Notes: a model not told the origin generated them from the letters alone. A stretch of 64,000 nucleotides of DNA from Eledone cirrhosa (GCA_964016885.1 OZ024744.1:97216001-97280000), one strand, 5' to 3'; numbered from the stretch's first letter, positions 1 to 14,230 are shown. A program made the numbers and translations.

Positions 1-1648
1 ATTTAAATCATATATTCAAATTTGTCTCAATATAAATTTAAATCATATATTTTAATTTGTCTCAATATATATTTAATTCATATATTTAAATTTGTCTCAA
101 GGATAAATATTTAAATCATATATTCAAATTTGCCTCAATATAAATATTTAAATCATATATTAAAATTTGTCTCAATATATATATTTAAATCATATTTTTA
201 AATTTGTCTCAAGGATAAATATTTAAATCATATATTTAAATTTGTCTCAATATATATTTAAATCATATATTTTAATTTGTCTCAATATATATTTAATTCA
301 TATATTTAAATTTGTCTCAAGGATAAATATTTAAATCATATATTTTAATTTGTCTCAATATAAATATTTAAATCATATATTTAAATTTGTCTCAATATAT
401 TTAAATCATATATTTAAATTTGTCTCAAGGATAAATATTTAAATCATATATTCAAATTTGTCTCAATATAAATATTTAAATCATATATTCAAATTTGTCT
501 CAATATAAATATTTAAATCATATATTTAAATTTGTCTCAATATGTTTAAATCTTATATTCAAATTTGTCTCAAGGATAAATATTTAAATCTTATATTCAA
601 ATTTGTCTCAATATAAATATTTAAATCATATATTCAAATTTGTCTCAATATAAATATTTAAATCATATATTCAAATTTGTCTCAATATAAATATTTAAAT
701 CATATATTTAAATTTGTCTCAATATATTTAAATCTTATATTGAAATTTGTCTCAAGGATAAATATTTAAATCATATATTCAAATTTGTCTCAATATAAAT
801 ATTTAAATCATATATTCAAATTTGTCTCAATATAAATATTTAAATCATATATTCAAATTTGTCTCAATATAAATATTTAAATCATATATTTAAATTTGTC
901 TCAATATATATATTTAAATCATATATTTAAATTTGTCTCAATATAAATATTTAAATCATATATTCAAATTTGTCTCAATATATATATTTAAATCATATTC
1001 AAATTTGTCTCAATATAAATATTTAAATTATATATTTAAATTTGTCTCAATATATATATTTAAATCATATATTCAAATTTGTCTCAATATAAATATTTAA
1101 ATCATATATTTAAATTTGTCTCAAGGATAAATATTTAAATCATATATTTAAATTTGTCTCAATATATATATTTAAATCATATATTTAAATGTGTCTCAAT
1201 ATAAATATTTAAATCATATATTTATATTTGTCTCAATATATATATTTAAATCATATATTTAAATTTGTCTCAATATAAATATTTAAATCATATATTCAAA
1301 TTTGTCTCAATATATATATTTAAATCATATTCAAATTTGTCTCAATATAAATATTTAAATTATATATTTAAATTTGTCTCAATATATATATTTAAATCAT
1401 ATATTCAAATTTGTCTCAATATAAATATTTAAATCATATATTTAAATTTGTCTCAAGGATAAATATTTAAATCATATATTTAAATTTGTCTCAATATATA
1501 TATTTAAATCATATATTTAAATGTGTCTCAATATAAATATTTAAATCATATATTTAAATTTGTCTCAATATAAATATTTAAATCATATATTTAAATGTCT
1601 CAATATAAATATTTAAATCATATATTTAAATTTGTCTCAAGGATAAAT
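1..1648. repeat. AT-rich tandem satellite, unit ~33-37 bp (ATTTAAATCATATATT(C/T)AAATTTGTCTCAATATAAAT)
   Basis: Dozens of head-to-tail copies of TTTGTCTCAA...ATTTAAATCATATATT; a recurring variant carries CTCAAGGATAAA. Confidence 0.97.
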
Positions 1649-1679
1649 CAAGGCTTTGTTTTTTTTCTCAATATGTTGC

Positions 1680-2068
1680 GTGTAATTGTGTGTATGGGGG
1701 TGGTGGTGTGTGTGTATGTGTGTGTGCATGTGTGTGTGTGGGGGGGTATGTGTTTGTGTGTATGTGTGTGCATGTGTGTGTTATGTGTGTGTGGGGGGCA
1801 TGTGTGTGTGCATGTGTGTCTGCATGCTTGTGCCTTTGTGTGTGTGTGAGTGTGTGTGTCTTTGTGTGTGTGTGAGTGTGTGTGTGTGAGCATGTGTATG
1901 TGCGTGTAATTGTTTGTGTGTGGGTAATAGTGTGTGTGTGTTTGTGTGTGTATGTGTGCATGAGTGTGTGTGCATGCATGTATGTGTGTGTGTGTTCGTG
2001 TGTGTTCTGTGTGTTCGTGTGTGTGTGTGTGTTCGTGTGTGTTCGCGTGTGTTCGTGTGTATGTATGT
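1680..2068. repeat. Degenerate (GT)n microsatellite
   Basis: GT/GTAT/GCAT repeats; the ORFs called here are artefacts. Confidence 0.95.
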
Positions 2069-2859
2069 TGAGTATAGCTGAGGAAATATACCTTAACCCA
2101 GCGATCTGTAAAATAAATATAAATTAGGTAGGGTTAATGATACATTGAGTTGGAATTTGTCGATTAAATGAGACCACCCATGCAATTAAAAGCCTAAAAT
2201 CCCCTCTAGGAGAGCTTAATATCTAAAAACACTATAAACCTTCAATAGAATCACTAATTGAAAATTTTGAAAAAAAACAAAAAACTAAAATTTCCAGTAT
2301 TTGAAGCGGGGTCTGGTCATTCGAAATAACTATAATGAAAGTAACGGCCATGTTTCGTTCTTAATAGTCCTCCCAGTGAAGTATATTTTACACACTTGGC
2401 AGGACCAAGAATGACCAATACACACACACACATATATGTATATATGTATATATATATATATATATATATAGAAAAATAGCCGTTTCGACGAAACAGCTTG
2501 AGTTCTGCCGTCGGAGTCATACATTTTCCTATTACCCACTAAGTACTCTGGTGCGTTGTGGTCCATCTGGTTCCTTCGTTGTATATAATATATATTTGAA
2601 AAATGGAAAAGAATGACTTCACTTGTAGTTCTAAATAATTTGATTTAATTTTATAATATTATAATATTCTTTTCCTTTTTTGCAAATATACATAACTGTA
2701 TCACGGATCTCATACATTTTCCAATATAATATATTAATATAATATATTTGATAAGATTCAGGACCCTGACGGCTGAGCTCCGGCCGTTTTGACAGCTAGA
2801 TCCACGCCCTATCTGGTGTATATATGTATATGTATAACTTTTGTTTTTTTGTTTTTATT

Positions 2860-3790
2860 TCTTAGACATTAATTTAGACCTTCGCACACACACACCCACA
2901 GACCCTTCCATAAGCTAAACGAGAAACTCAGTTACATTCACAAGGACTCATGCCACCCTCCCACTGTTTTTAGAAACTTCGTTAAGAATATCAGTACTAG
3001 AATATCAAACCTCTCCTCTAATAAGGCTATCTTTGACAGGGCGGCACCCTACTATAACACGGCGTTGGCTAACAGCGGCTTCTCACAACCTATCACCTAC
3101 TCTCCCACTAGCAACAACACCTTTAAGAAAAGTAAGCGCATCAATAGACAAACTATCTGGTTCTCTCCTCCCTTCTCACTCAACGTTAAAACCAATGTAG
3201 GAAAGAAATGTCTAGCCCTCTTAGATAGACACTTTTCCATAGGTCATAAATACCGCTCCATCTTTAACCGACACAAAGTTAAACTAGGATACTCCTGCGC
3301 TAAGAACATGAAGGCCCACATCCCCAGCAGCCCTAGGAGCAACACCCCCACCAGGGTGCTCTTGCCTCCTTCAACAGCAATGCAATACACCAGATGTAAT
3401 TTATGAAGCTGTGATCACTTCCAACCGACCAAACGAACCACAGGAGGTCAAATCCTATGTGGGAATGGCGGAGGGCCGATTTAAGGAACGTTTCCTGAAA
3501 CACCAGTCTACCTTCAGGTACCCGGACAGACGTTCATCCATGAAACTCGCGAGTCACGTAAGGTTCCTCAAGGACTCAAGTATAGATTACTCCATCCAAT
3601 GGAAAGCCATCACTAAGTCCAAGCCATACGCAAGGGGAAATCCGACGTGTGGCTTATGTACTGACAAACGAATAACTATTCTAAAGAGATTACGCAATAG
3701 TGATTTCCTAAACAGAAGAAATGAATTTTTCACACGTTGTCCACACGTCACCAAACACCTATTGCATAACTACAATGCTCCGGACTGATT
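2860..3790 (+). mobile_element. Penelope-like element 3' fragment (RT C-terminus/linker plus GIY-YIG endonuclease), frameshifted
   Basis: FLDINLD, IWFSPPFSLNVKTNVGK, KLGYSC..NM, SYVGMAEGRFKERF, C..C and LNRRNEFFTRCPH motifs typical of PLEs. Confidence 0.88.
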
Positions 3791-3945
3791 TCTTGTAATT
3801 TTATTTTCAGCTAAAAAATTTCGGACTTTCGCAGTTATCTCCCTTACACTCCTCGCACGCATTCTAGTATTGCCTGTGTGAGGTGACCGGGTTTCTACGC
3901 ATGCGCGTTCGTACGGTTGTCCTTCCTGTTCCTATAACCATGTCC

Positions 3946-3992
3946 AATACGAGCTGAGGATCCGGTAAGGTGAAACAATTGTTCTCGGTATG
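3946..3992 (+). ncRNA. Minimal type I hammerhead ribozyme in the PLE 3' UTR/pLTR
   Basis: ATACGAG-CTGAGGA-TCCGGTAAGGT-GAAAC-AATT-GTT-CTCGGTAT: CUGANGA and GAAA cores, palindromic stem III (ACAATTGT), stem I CGAG/CTCG. Confidence 0.7.
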
Positions 3993-4014
3993 GTGACTTA
4001 ACTGTTGTGTAACC

Positions 4015-4125
<111 letters not shown>

Positions 4126-5136
4126 CATTGATGCAATTCCATTCAAGAACTCAACGTACTTTATCCGCATAGGGATGACGGAGTATTTATAGAATAATGA
4201 AATACAAAGTAGTTCAGATGTTAACATTCCTTTATTGATAGTCCGTTATATATATTTCAATGACAGCAGAGGCGACGTAATTCCGTGTTAAATCCAATGC
4301 CATGATTTAATCAGACAGCTTCTTGCATAATAAGGTTACTTTTATTAGGCAATCCAAGTGCGAAGTGACAAGAGAACGGACGAACACGATGTTTTTGAAG
4401 CGATCGCCCGTTTCCCTATGAGCTTCAATCATCTACCGCTGTGCGCAGGCGTAAAAGAAAACCACAGCAGCCCAGTTCTATGTAGTTTCCTTTCTTCATT
4501 CTTGAAGGGTCAGAGAGTTCATGCTAGCCATCTCTATTGGTGTTGCAGGCTATTTGGGACGTGTGGTAGTGGATGGTTATGATTATTAACAAGTTTCATA
4601 TTAACCTCCTAGTTCAGTTTGGACAATATAACTCGTAAATTTGCCGGTTACATATTTATTTGTATTGTCTTTCTCTCTCTCGTCTTTCCTCCTACCCTCC
4701 TTTCCATCTGTCCTCCTTCCTCTGTTTCTCTCTATATCTTTATTATTAATATTAATATTGATGTGGTAATTTGAATTTGTAAATTTACCGTTACGCATAT
4801 TTATTTTATTTTCTCTTGGTCTCTGACGAAATGATAGAGATAATTTGTATTTTAAATTGAGTGCCACTACCTTCTGTGTTTAGCAATTTTTAGACAACTC
4901 TATCATAGAAACAATTGTTAGACTGTAAATAAATTTCCTTGTTTGTACTGTCGACCATGTTATTCTTCAATTTTTCAATTTTATTACTCCAAGATATACT
5001 TACACAGGAATACAAGTGAAGTCATAAACTCGTGATCCACGTAAACCTCTTGTTGAGTCTTACAACGCCGTACGCTTAAACTATTCATGATAAGAAGGTT
5101 TCACAACCTCTAATCGGATTGCCTTTAACGATATCT

Positions 5137-5186
<50 letters not shown>

Positions 5187-5439
5187 GAGAGTGTTGAAGT
5201 TTGCTTGAAGCATTATGGAATAATAAAAATGGTCATTTTGGAAGCCTCAACAATGCAGATGGGTAAATCTCCAGGTAATCGAATCAGGTGGTAATGAGAG
5301 AGAAATGTAAGCGGAAGTATAGAAAGAGACGTAGAGAGCGTAAGGAACATCCACAGTTGATGGATGCCAAATCCGAAAATATAGGGACTATTATATCACT
5401 TCCAAGGTAACTCTATCTCGTGCTATTATTATTTTTTAC

Positions 5440-5610
5440 CGGTAGAGGGTCTGACGCCATGCTTTGCAACAAAGAATTAGGGCCCTTTATGAGTTCAAAT
5501 CCCGCCAAGGTTAACTTTGTCTTTCATCCTTACGGAATCGATGAAATAAAGTACCAGTAATACACTGAGTATAATTGCTGGCCTTGTGCCAAAAGTAGAC
5601 ACAATTATTT
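5440..5610 (+). mobile_element. SINE copy (tRNA-derived-like family repeated throughout the window)
   Basis: GAGTTCAAATCCCGCC (B-box-like)...TTTCATCCTTACGG..TCGAT..AATAAAGTACCAGT shared with copies at 42.7-43.3, 51, 61-62 and 63 kb. Confidence 0.75.
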
Positions 5611-5897
5611 TTTACACTTTTCCTACGTTCCTTTACGCTCTCTACGTCCCTTTCTACACTCCCTCTTATATTTCTCTTTCATTACCACCTGATTCTGTTA
5701 CCTGGAGATTTACCCATCTGCATTGTTGGGGCTTCCAAAACAACCATATATATATATATATATATAACGAAGGAAATGTGGTAAGGAACCAGGTGGACCA
5801 TAACGCACCAAAGTACTCAATACTTGAGGTAGTAGAGTGGGTAATAGGAACCAGTAAGACCCCGACAGCTGAGCTCAAGCCGTTTCGACGGCTAATT

Positions 5898-5898
<1 letters not shown>

Positions 5899-5957
<59 letters not shown>

Positions 5958-5967
5958 TTGTTTTGGA

Positions 5968-6012
<45 letters not shown>

Positions 6013-6620
6013 TGTGTGTGTGTGTGTGTGTGTATGCGTGCTTGTGAATGTATGCATGACAAATATCAACTATATAAACACAAGAGAAATCCACGATACA
6101 ATAATGATGTATTAGTTCAACGCTTGATATGATTGGAAAGAAAATCCTTAACGTTTTGGACGTTAGTCTTTCGTCCGACGAGAGATAGAAAAAGATAGAA
6201 TGAAAAAAAAGGATAGACAAGCGAGAGCAAAAAAAAAGGAAAGAACGTAGAAAAGAGAGGAGAGGAAACAGGTGTTGTTGTTAGTCGGCCATCATTCACA
6301 CACACACACTCACACACACACATAGATAGACACATACACAAAGACACAGACAGACAGACAGACACACACACACACACATATATATATGTCTGTGTGTGTG
6401 TATGTGTGTGTATGTGTGTGTTTGTGTCTATGTACGTATGTGTGTTTGTTTGTGTTTATGTATATATGTGTGTTTGTGTATGTATATATATGTGTGTGTA
6501 TGTGTGTGTATGTGTGTGTATACGTGTGTGTGTGTATGTGCGTGTGTATGTGTGTGTGCATGTTTGTATACGTGTGTGTGTGTGTGTATGTGTGTGTGTA
6601 TGTGTGTGTGTGTGTGTGTA
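5899..6620. repeat. (TA)n, (GT)n and (CA)n microsatellite cluster
   Basis: Direct reading. Confidence 0.9.
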
Positions 6621-7388
6621 GTCTGAGATGTGGAAACGTAGTGGCACTTGATATATATATTTATATAATTTTTTTTTTTCTGGGGTTCAAAAATTCCACT
6701 TAAGTGATTGTATTGGAGTTATCGTCCTTGGTTGTTGTTTTCAGATTGTAAACATCACTAGAGGGAGTTTTTATAATCAACTTTTATACTCAACATTGCT
6801 GTAAGGAATCTGATTTAAGAAATACATGACGTATATCCGTTCAGAAATAAAAACAAAAATAAGTTATTTGTGTATTTTGTTGGACTGTTGTGGTGTTTGT
6901 TAACCCTTTTACATTTAAACCGGCAGTTCCGGCCAGAATTTTCTTGCCCCTTTCTGTTCAAACCGGCTATTACCAGCCATTCATACTTACGTTAAATTAT
7001 GGTTCTCGAAATAAATAACATCAAAATCTCATAGAGTCGATATTATGTGAGGTATTATATGAGGTAAAGCCTTTACCATGAAAATACAATAGTAAATATA
7101 GTGAATAATGTGAATTATAAAGGGTTAAGGCGTGCGGTTTAATTGTTGCAGTGTTCGGTTCATGAGTTCGATTCCCGGCATCGTTTGGAGTCCTTAAGCA
7201 AGACACTGTATTTCACGTTCCTCCAGCCCTCTTATTTCGTAAAAAAAAAAAAAAAATTGTAACTGTAATTCAAAAAGCCAACCTTTTCAGGCTCTGAATC
7301 TCCCTACGAACTACGTTAACAAAGTACACATATATGTCTGTGGAATACTCATCCACTTGCACCTTATTTACACATGAACAGGATGTTC

Positions 7389-7392
<4 letters not shown>

Positions 7393-7451
<59 letters not shown>
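7393..7451. repeat. (ATT)n tract, left boundary of the retrotransposon stack
   Basis: About 19 ATT units immediately before Tx1 copy A. Confidence 0.95.
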
Positions 7452-7452
<1 letters not shown>

Positions 7453-10400
7453 GGTCACGAAAACCGGACACCGAGCAATCTGCAAGGCAGCCGAAGAATT
7501 TTTCGAAACCCAACAGCACTGTACGGTCACGTACCGTACAGTAAGCACAAAATCACGTAGGGTTGAAAGAGCCACAGAGGTTCAAATACAAAAAGCCTTA
7601 GGGTCTGTGTGGCAGCGGAAAACACATATCACCCGAGGCAAGAAATATGCCACCGTGGACGTGCTTTTTGCCACACCCCAGGAGGCAAAGGTTCAATCCT
7701 TAGTAACCCTAAGGAGCGAGGAAATGGTGTTGGTGCCCTCCTACTGCGGGCAAAAAATTGTGAGGGTCAAACTAACCCAAGTACCCCCCGGGATGGCTCC
7801 TTTTTGGCTGGCTGCGTCTGTTCTCGTCGGAATCGAGGACAAAAAAACCGTACTGCAAGTACAGAAAAAAATACGAGAAGATTGTGTCGGCGCCTCCATT
7901 GAGATGTTAATTCAAACCAACCAGGAGTGTATCGAAGCTATCCCGGATGTGATAGACTTCGATAACGGCACTCAACTTCCCATAAGTGTTGAGGGCAAAC
8001 GCCCGAAATGCTTTCGCTGTGGGTCGAAGACTCACCCCAGGGTTTTCTGCAAAAAGAAGATCCTGAGAAAGGAGAACCCCCCCTCCTTCCGGAACCGGCT
8101 CCCCTGCTACCAGCAACAGGACAGGCGGCAACCAGGAATGATAGGTCCGTGGCACCCATAGCCACGCCACGGAAATCAAGAACAGCAGCAGCAGTGGAAG
8201 TATTAACAACAACAACAGTAATACCAACTGCAGCTGCAACAGAGACTACACTGCAAACATCACCAACAACAAAAAGTGAAAGAGTGGAGCTGGTACCCCT
8301 CCCCGACCTCACAGAACCACCGCCAACAACAACAACACCTTCAACAACACCACCACAAGCACCAACATCGCAAACACAACAACAAAACACACACACCCAG
8401 CAACAACGACAAGAAAATAACAGAACCACACGCCACCCCCAGAAAAAAAATACACAGCAATAAATACACACAACAAGAAACTAATGACTGACATAACTGA
8501 ACACAGACATTTCACAGCACGACTACATAATACCAGCACCAATCAAAACTCCTACGAACATAAGACTGGTAAGAATATCACAGAAACAATACTCAAAATT
8601 AAAATGAAATTCCCCAACGCAGTTGGTGATTTCAGAGACCTAGGAGGGACACTCAACCGGAGAGTATACTCGGATATACTCACAGAAGAGCCGACGACCA
8701 GCTGAAGGGTCGATTCAACGGCATTCAACAGCGACATCCCCTCAGTTGTGAGGGTGAACGGTCACCTGTCGTAGCCGTTCAGCATCATGCACTCGATTCG
8801 CCAGGGTTGTCCCCTCTCGTCCCTCTTGTACGTATTGGCTCTCGAGCCGCTACTGCTCAAACTGGGGGCGATGAGGGGCATCCCACGCGAACTAGGATGC
8901 GGGAAATGCGATTCGGCTTACGCCGACGACGTCACCGTGCTGGTGTCGAGCACCAGACACGTCCAGAACTCGACACCGATTTCAAAGAATACGAAGCGGT
9001 GACAGGAGCAAAGATAAACCAGGAAAAGTCGGTGGGCTTTCAGCTCGGCACCTGGAGAGGCAAGTCCATGCCGTCCGACAGCGTCGTAGGGGCGTTGGAC
9101 GGACGGACCGGTTAAATTGCTCGGGATCTGGTTCGGACCGGCATTCCAGATGGAGAAAAACTGGGGCGAGGTGACGAGCAAGGTGGCCTTCCTCACCCAA
9201 AAATGGGCCGCGAGGAAACTGTCCCTGAAAGGCCAGACGAAGGTGGCGAATGCGTACATCGCATGCGTCATCTGCTACCGCCTCGCCGTCGTCCCTTGCC
9301 CCTGCCGAACTCTCACCAAAATGGAGCGCCTCCTCTTCCGCTTTTTGTGGAAGGGACGCGCTCCCATGGTCAGACAATCCATCTGCTGTCAACACCCGTT
9401 GTGTGGAGGACTGGGCATGCCATGGCTGATTATGCGCAAACATGCGCTGAGGCTGCGAGATCTCTGGTGCTTCCTTGACGGTGAACAGGTGTGGTCGCCG
9501 TTCGCCAGGCACGTTTTCCCACAGTTCATCTCCTTGACGGAGCTGCAGTCATGGGTCAGGAAAAGACCGAGGGATAGCGCTTGGAAACTGGATGTCTCCA
9601 GGCGCTCACTGCCCTCTGCCAGCTGGGCACCAGTATCGGCGGAACATCCACCTCGGCGTTCTATAGAGGACTAGTGGAGGGGAAGAGTGACGACGTTCTC
9701 GGAGAGATCCTGGGCGTCCAAGAAAATCAGCTGTTTGCTCTCTTCCGGAGAACTTTCAGCCCAGGGCCTATGGATAACTTCCAGAAATCCCTTGCCTGGC
9801 AGTGCTACCGGGGAGTGTTGCTGGTTAGAGATAAGCTCTACAGGCACGGAAGTGTCGTCAGCCGAGCCTGTCCGAGATGCGCGCAGAGTGACGAATCTGG
9901 CGTGCACGCACTCGTTCAGTGCCCGAGTATTGCTGACTTGTGGAGCTATGTCGAACAGTTGCTGTCGCGTGTATGACTGATCCGGTTATCGACTGAGTCC
10001 ATTGTGCAGATGGTCTCGCCGTCTTCCTTCGAGGAGGAAGGGCAGGCGGTTTTCATCTGCCTGGTGGCCATGACGAAAGAGATTGTGTGGTGGACAAGGT
10101 TGAAAGGGTTAAAGACAGACACTTTCGTCTTCGGCGAATCCCTGATTAACTTTTTCAAGTTTCAGACTGAAGAGGAAAATCAGGGTGGAGAGGCAAGTGC
10201 TGCCTTCTAGCAAGTTTGTTGAAAGGTGGGTGAATGTAGCGAGAATGGTCCGAGTGAACGGACGCTCTGAATATACGTCTGTAGTTTGAGAAATGGAAAA
10301 ATTGAGAGAGGGCGCTTGCCCTGGTGGTCAGTGTGGCCGTGGTCTTTTGTGTGGTTTTCGCCACGAGTCACCCTCGGAGGTTTCCCCCATATTGGGGAAT

Positions 10401-11692
10401 TTTTCATTGTTTCAATTTTCATTTTTATTGTTTATATATATATATGTTTCTATGTCTTTTTTTTCTTTTCTTATATAAATAATGTTTCATTGTTTATATA
10501 TAAATATGTGTTTCCATGTCTTTTTTTTTCTTTTCTTATATAAATAATAAAAATATTTACACGCACAAAACCCATATCGTACCGTCCTGTGCCGTCTGTA
10601 ATGTTTTTCTTGATGTCAGCCCTTGTGCCCGATCCTTGACGGAGCTGCAGTCCTGGGTCAGAAAAAGACCGAGAGATAGCGCTTGGAAACTGGAATGTCT
10701 CCAGGCGCTCACTGCCCTCTGCAAGCTGGGCACCAGTATCGGTGGAACATCCACCTCGGCGTTCTATAGAGAACTAGTGGAGGGTAAGAGCGACGACGTT
10801 CTCGGAGAGAACCTGGGCTTCGAAGAAGATCAGCTGTTTGCTCTCTTCCGGAGAACTTTCAGCCCAGGGCCTATGGATAACTTCCCAAAATCCCTGGCCT
10901 GGCAGTGCTACCGGGGAGCGCTGCCTGTTCGAGATAAGCTCTACAAGCACGGAAGTGCCGTCAGCCGAGCCTGTCCGAGATGCTCGCAGAGCGACGAAAC
11001 CGTCGTGCACGCACTCGTTCAGTGCCCGAGCATTGTTGACTTGTGGAGCCATGTCGAACAGTTGCTGTCGCGTGTAGGACTGATCCGGTTATCGACTGAG
11101 TCCATTGTGCAGATGGTTTCGCCGTCTTCCTTCGAGGAGGAAGGGCAGGCGGTTTTCATCTGCCTGGTAGCCATGGCGAAAGAGATTATGTGGTGGACAA
11201 GTTTGAAAGGGTTAAAGACAGACACTTTCCTCTTCAGCGAATCCCTGTTTAACTTTTTCAAGTTTCACTTGAAGAGAAAAATCAGGGTGGAGAGGCAAGT
11301 GCTGCCTTCTAGCAAGTTTGTTGAAAGGTGGGTGAATGTAGCGAGAATGGTCCGAGTGAACGGGACCGCTCTGAATATACGTCTCTAGTTTGAGAAATGG
11401 AAAAATTGAGAGAGGGCGCTTGCCCTGGTGGCCAGGGTGGCCGTGGTCTTTTGTGTGGTTTTCGCCACGAGTAACCCTCGGAGGTTTCCCCCCTATTGGG
11501 GAATTTTTCATTGTTTCAATTTTCATTTTTATTGTTTATATATATATATGTTTCTATGTCTTTTTTTTCTTTTCTTATATAAATAATAAAAAATATTTAC
11601 ACGCACAAAACCCACATCGTACCGTCCTGTACAGTCCTGAGCCGTCTGTAATGTTTTTCTTGATGTCAGCCCTTGTGGCCAATAAAGAAATC
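7452..11692 (+). mobile_element. Tx1/L1-type non-LTR copy A: 5'-truncated, lacks APE and N-terminal RT, 3' ~1 kb present twice in tandem
   Basis: ORF1 (KRPKCFRCGSKTH..C) joins at ~8720 to RT (RQGCPLS, AYADD) and C-terminal CPRC..E..H..C; 3' end at ~9530-10630 repeated at ~10632-11692; AATAAA at 11681 then (ATT)n. Confidence 0.9.
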
Positions 11693-11702
11693 ATTATTAT
11701 TA

Positions 11703-11735
<33 letters not shown>

Positions 11736-11736
<1 letters not shown>

Positions 11737-14230
11737 AGCTGCATTTATCTTGCTTTATGTTCATACGAGTTATCACCAAGTCACAACCAGTGACCTCAAG
11801 AGACAACAAGGTCCACCATATTCAAGAAAGAACATACATACTCACACATGCATCTTTAGTGTTTAGACTTGTGATGTACTTATATTGACAGGATCTTCCT
11901 TAGTATATGGGCAGTTCCCATTAGTACTATCTTTTGTATTTCTCCTATACGCGGGTTTCCTGGGATTTGCGATAAGTAATCATTAGACCCCTTAGGTATC
12001 ATTCCTAGAGCGCCTACAACCACTGGTATTGTTTTAGTTCTCAATTTCCACATTTTTCCAATTTCTATCTCCAGGTCCTTATACTTGCTCAATTTTTCAA
12101 ATGTTTTTATAGATACATTCTTGTCTATTGGAACAGACATATCAATTAGCAGGCATACCCTCTTTTTAAAGTCCTTCAATATTATATCAGGTCTATTTGC
12201 ATCTATTTTTCTGTCTGATTGGATGCTAAAGTTCCACAAGATTGAGATGTGATCTTTTTCAAGTATGGGAGGTGGTTGATGCTCCCACCAATTCTTTTGA
12301 TGGGGCAGGTCAAAATGCTTACACATTATCCAATGTATGTATTGTGCAGCTCTGTCATGCCTGTTTAGGTATTCGGTTGGAGCTATAGGACTGCACATTG
12401 AAATTATATGGTCAATGGTCTCTGGTTGTTTTTTACATACACGGCCTAATGGGCTGCATCCATTTTTTATTATGTTGGCTTGGTAATATTTTGTTTCAAA
12501 CACTGATCTTGTGCTGATATAATCAGTCCTTCAGTCTCCGATTTCAGTCCAGATGATGCCAACCACTGATGGGTTAAAGTTTTGTCAACATCAGGATTGT
12601 TAGCTCGTTCTGGGTATTTTCCATACAGAGGCTTTTCTTGCCATTTCTTAGCCAGTTTCTGTAGCAGTTCTTTCTTTGCAGTTACTTTTTCTATGTTTTC
12701 CATTTCAGCAGTAAATGGGACTTCTGAAATGTGTAGTCCATTACTGTATCTTTGTGCATCTTTTGTAATGGAGTATGATCTTTTGATGCTTTCGTGTTTC
12801 AAAACGAGTTTGATCATCCAATCATGTGATTCCCTTAGATATGTAGATAATCCAATTGTTGCAGTTTTCAACGCAATGTCTAACTGGAATAACCCACGTC
12901 CTCCTTCTTTCCTAGGGAGATATATTCTATCTGTATTTGCCTTAGGGTGATATATTCTGTGCATGGTTAAGAATTTTCGAATTTTTGTATCGAGCCTACG
13001 GATCTCTGTACTTGACCAGTTGATGACATTGTAACTGTAGGTTACTACTGGTATGGCAAGCGTGTTTATGGCATCGATCCTATTCCTTGCATTCAATTCC
13101 GTTCTTAAGATTGCTCTTACTCTGCGGTAACATTCCTTCCTTATCCTTTCCCTCATTGTCGAGTGCTTGATTCCGTCTCCTTCACAAACACCTAGATATT
13201 TGTAAGTTTCCTCTTGTTCAAGTTCTCTTATCACATTCCCTCGTTCAAGATTAATGTCTGAACTTTTCAGCAGCTTTCCTCTGGTGAACGTTGCTTTGGC
13301 GCATTTATCTAGTCCAAACTCCATTTTAATGTCATCACTGAACTGCTCCACAGTGGATAATAGCCCTTGCAATTGTTCATCCTTTTTTTGCAAATAGTTT
13401 CAGGTCATCCATGTAGAACAAGTGATTAATGGTTTTGTCATAGACTTTATATCCATGTTTTGTTTCATTGAGCATTTTACTTAATGGTATAAGTGCGATG
13501 CAGAATAAAAGCGGTGATAAAGAGTCACCCTGAAAAATTCCACAATTAATATTAACTTCTCCAGCTTCCAGTGATTTTGTTTCACTATTCAAAAGGAGTG
13601 TCGTTTTCCATGTCTTCATACCGAATGACAAAAACCTCCTGACAACGGGGGATGTTTTGAAAATCTCTAAACATTTTTCAATCCAACTGTGTGGCAAACT
13701 ATCGAATGCTTTTTTATAATCTATCCAAGCAATTGATAGATTTTTGTGTCTATTACGACAATCTTCCAGTATCATTTTGTTAACCAAAAGCTGATCCTTA
13801 CAGCCATATGAGCCTCGTTTACACCCTTTCTGCTCAATGGGAAATAGGTCATTTGTTATCAGGTGGTCATATGTATATTCAGTTAGGACTGATGTTAAAA
13901 TTTTATACATTGTGGTCAAGCAAGTTATCGTTCTGTAATTTTTGGGATTGTTTGTCTCATCATTCTTCGGAAGCAGGAATGTAATGCCGTTAACTAGCCA
14001 TGGTGGTATCTTTTCTGGCTTATTTCATTGTAAAGTTGGGCTAACAGCTCATGAGACTCTGTGAAGGCATTTATCCAAAAATTTGGTATTTTGTCTTTTC
14101 CTGGGGATTTCCATTTGCTGGTTTTTCTTAGAGCCAAACGCAACTGTTCAACTGTTATATTTTCCCATATTTGTTCCTCAAGGTGAGCTGTATCTTTCAT
14201 TTGTCTGTCTATCCATGGGGCATGTATATT
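11736..14230 (-). mobile_element. R4/Dong-type RLE non-LTR copy B, 5'-truncated and frameshifted
   Basis: QGDSLSPLLF, FYMDDLK, C..ETIDHIISMC, RHD, RPDII..IDMSVP..KLSKY (PD-D/E-K RLE); no APE seen; 3' end abuts (ATT)n at 11693-11735. Confidence 0.92.

Noticed and set aside
1-1648. ~36-bp repeats resembling a CRISPR array
   Set aside because: Head-to-tail units with no unique spacers, no cas genes, eukaryotic context
7334-7451. Poly-Ile N-terminal extension of ORF 7334-8161 as a membrane anchor
   Set aside because: Fortuitous read-through of the (ATT)n tract into a truncated ORF1
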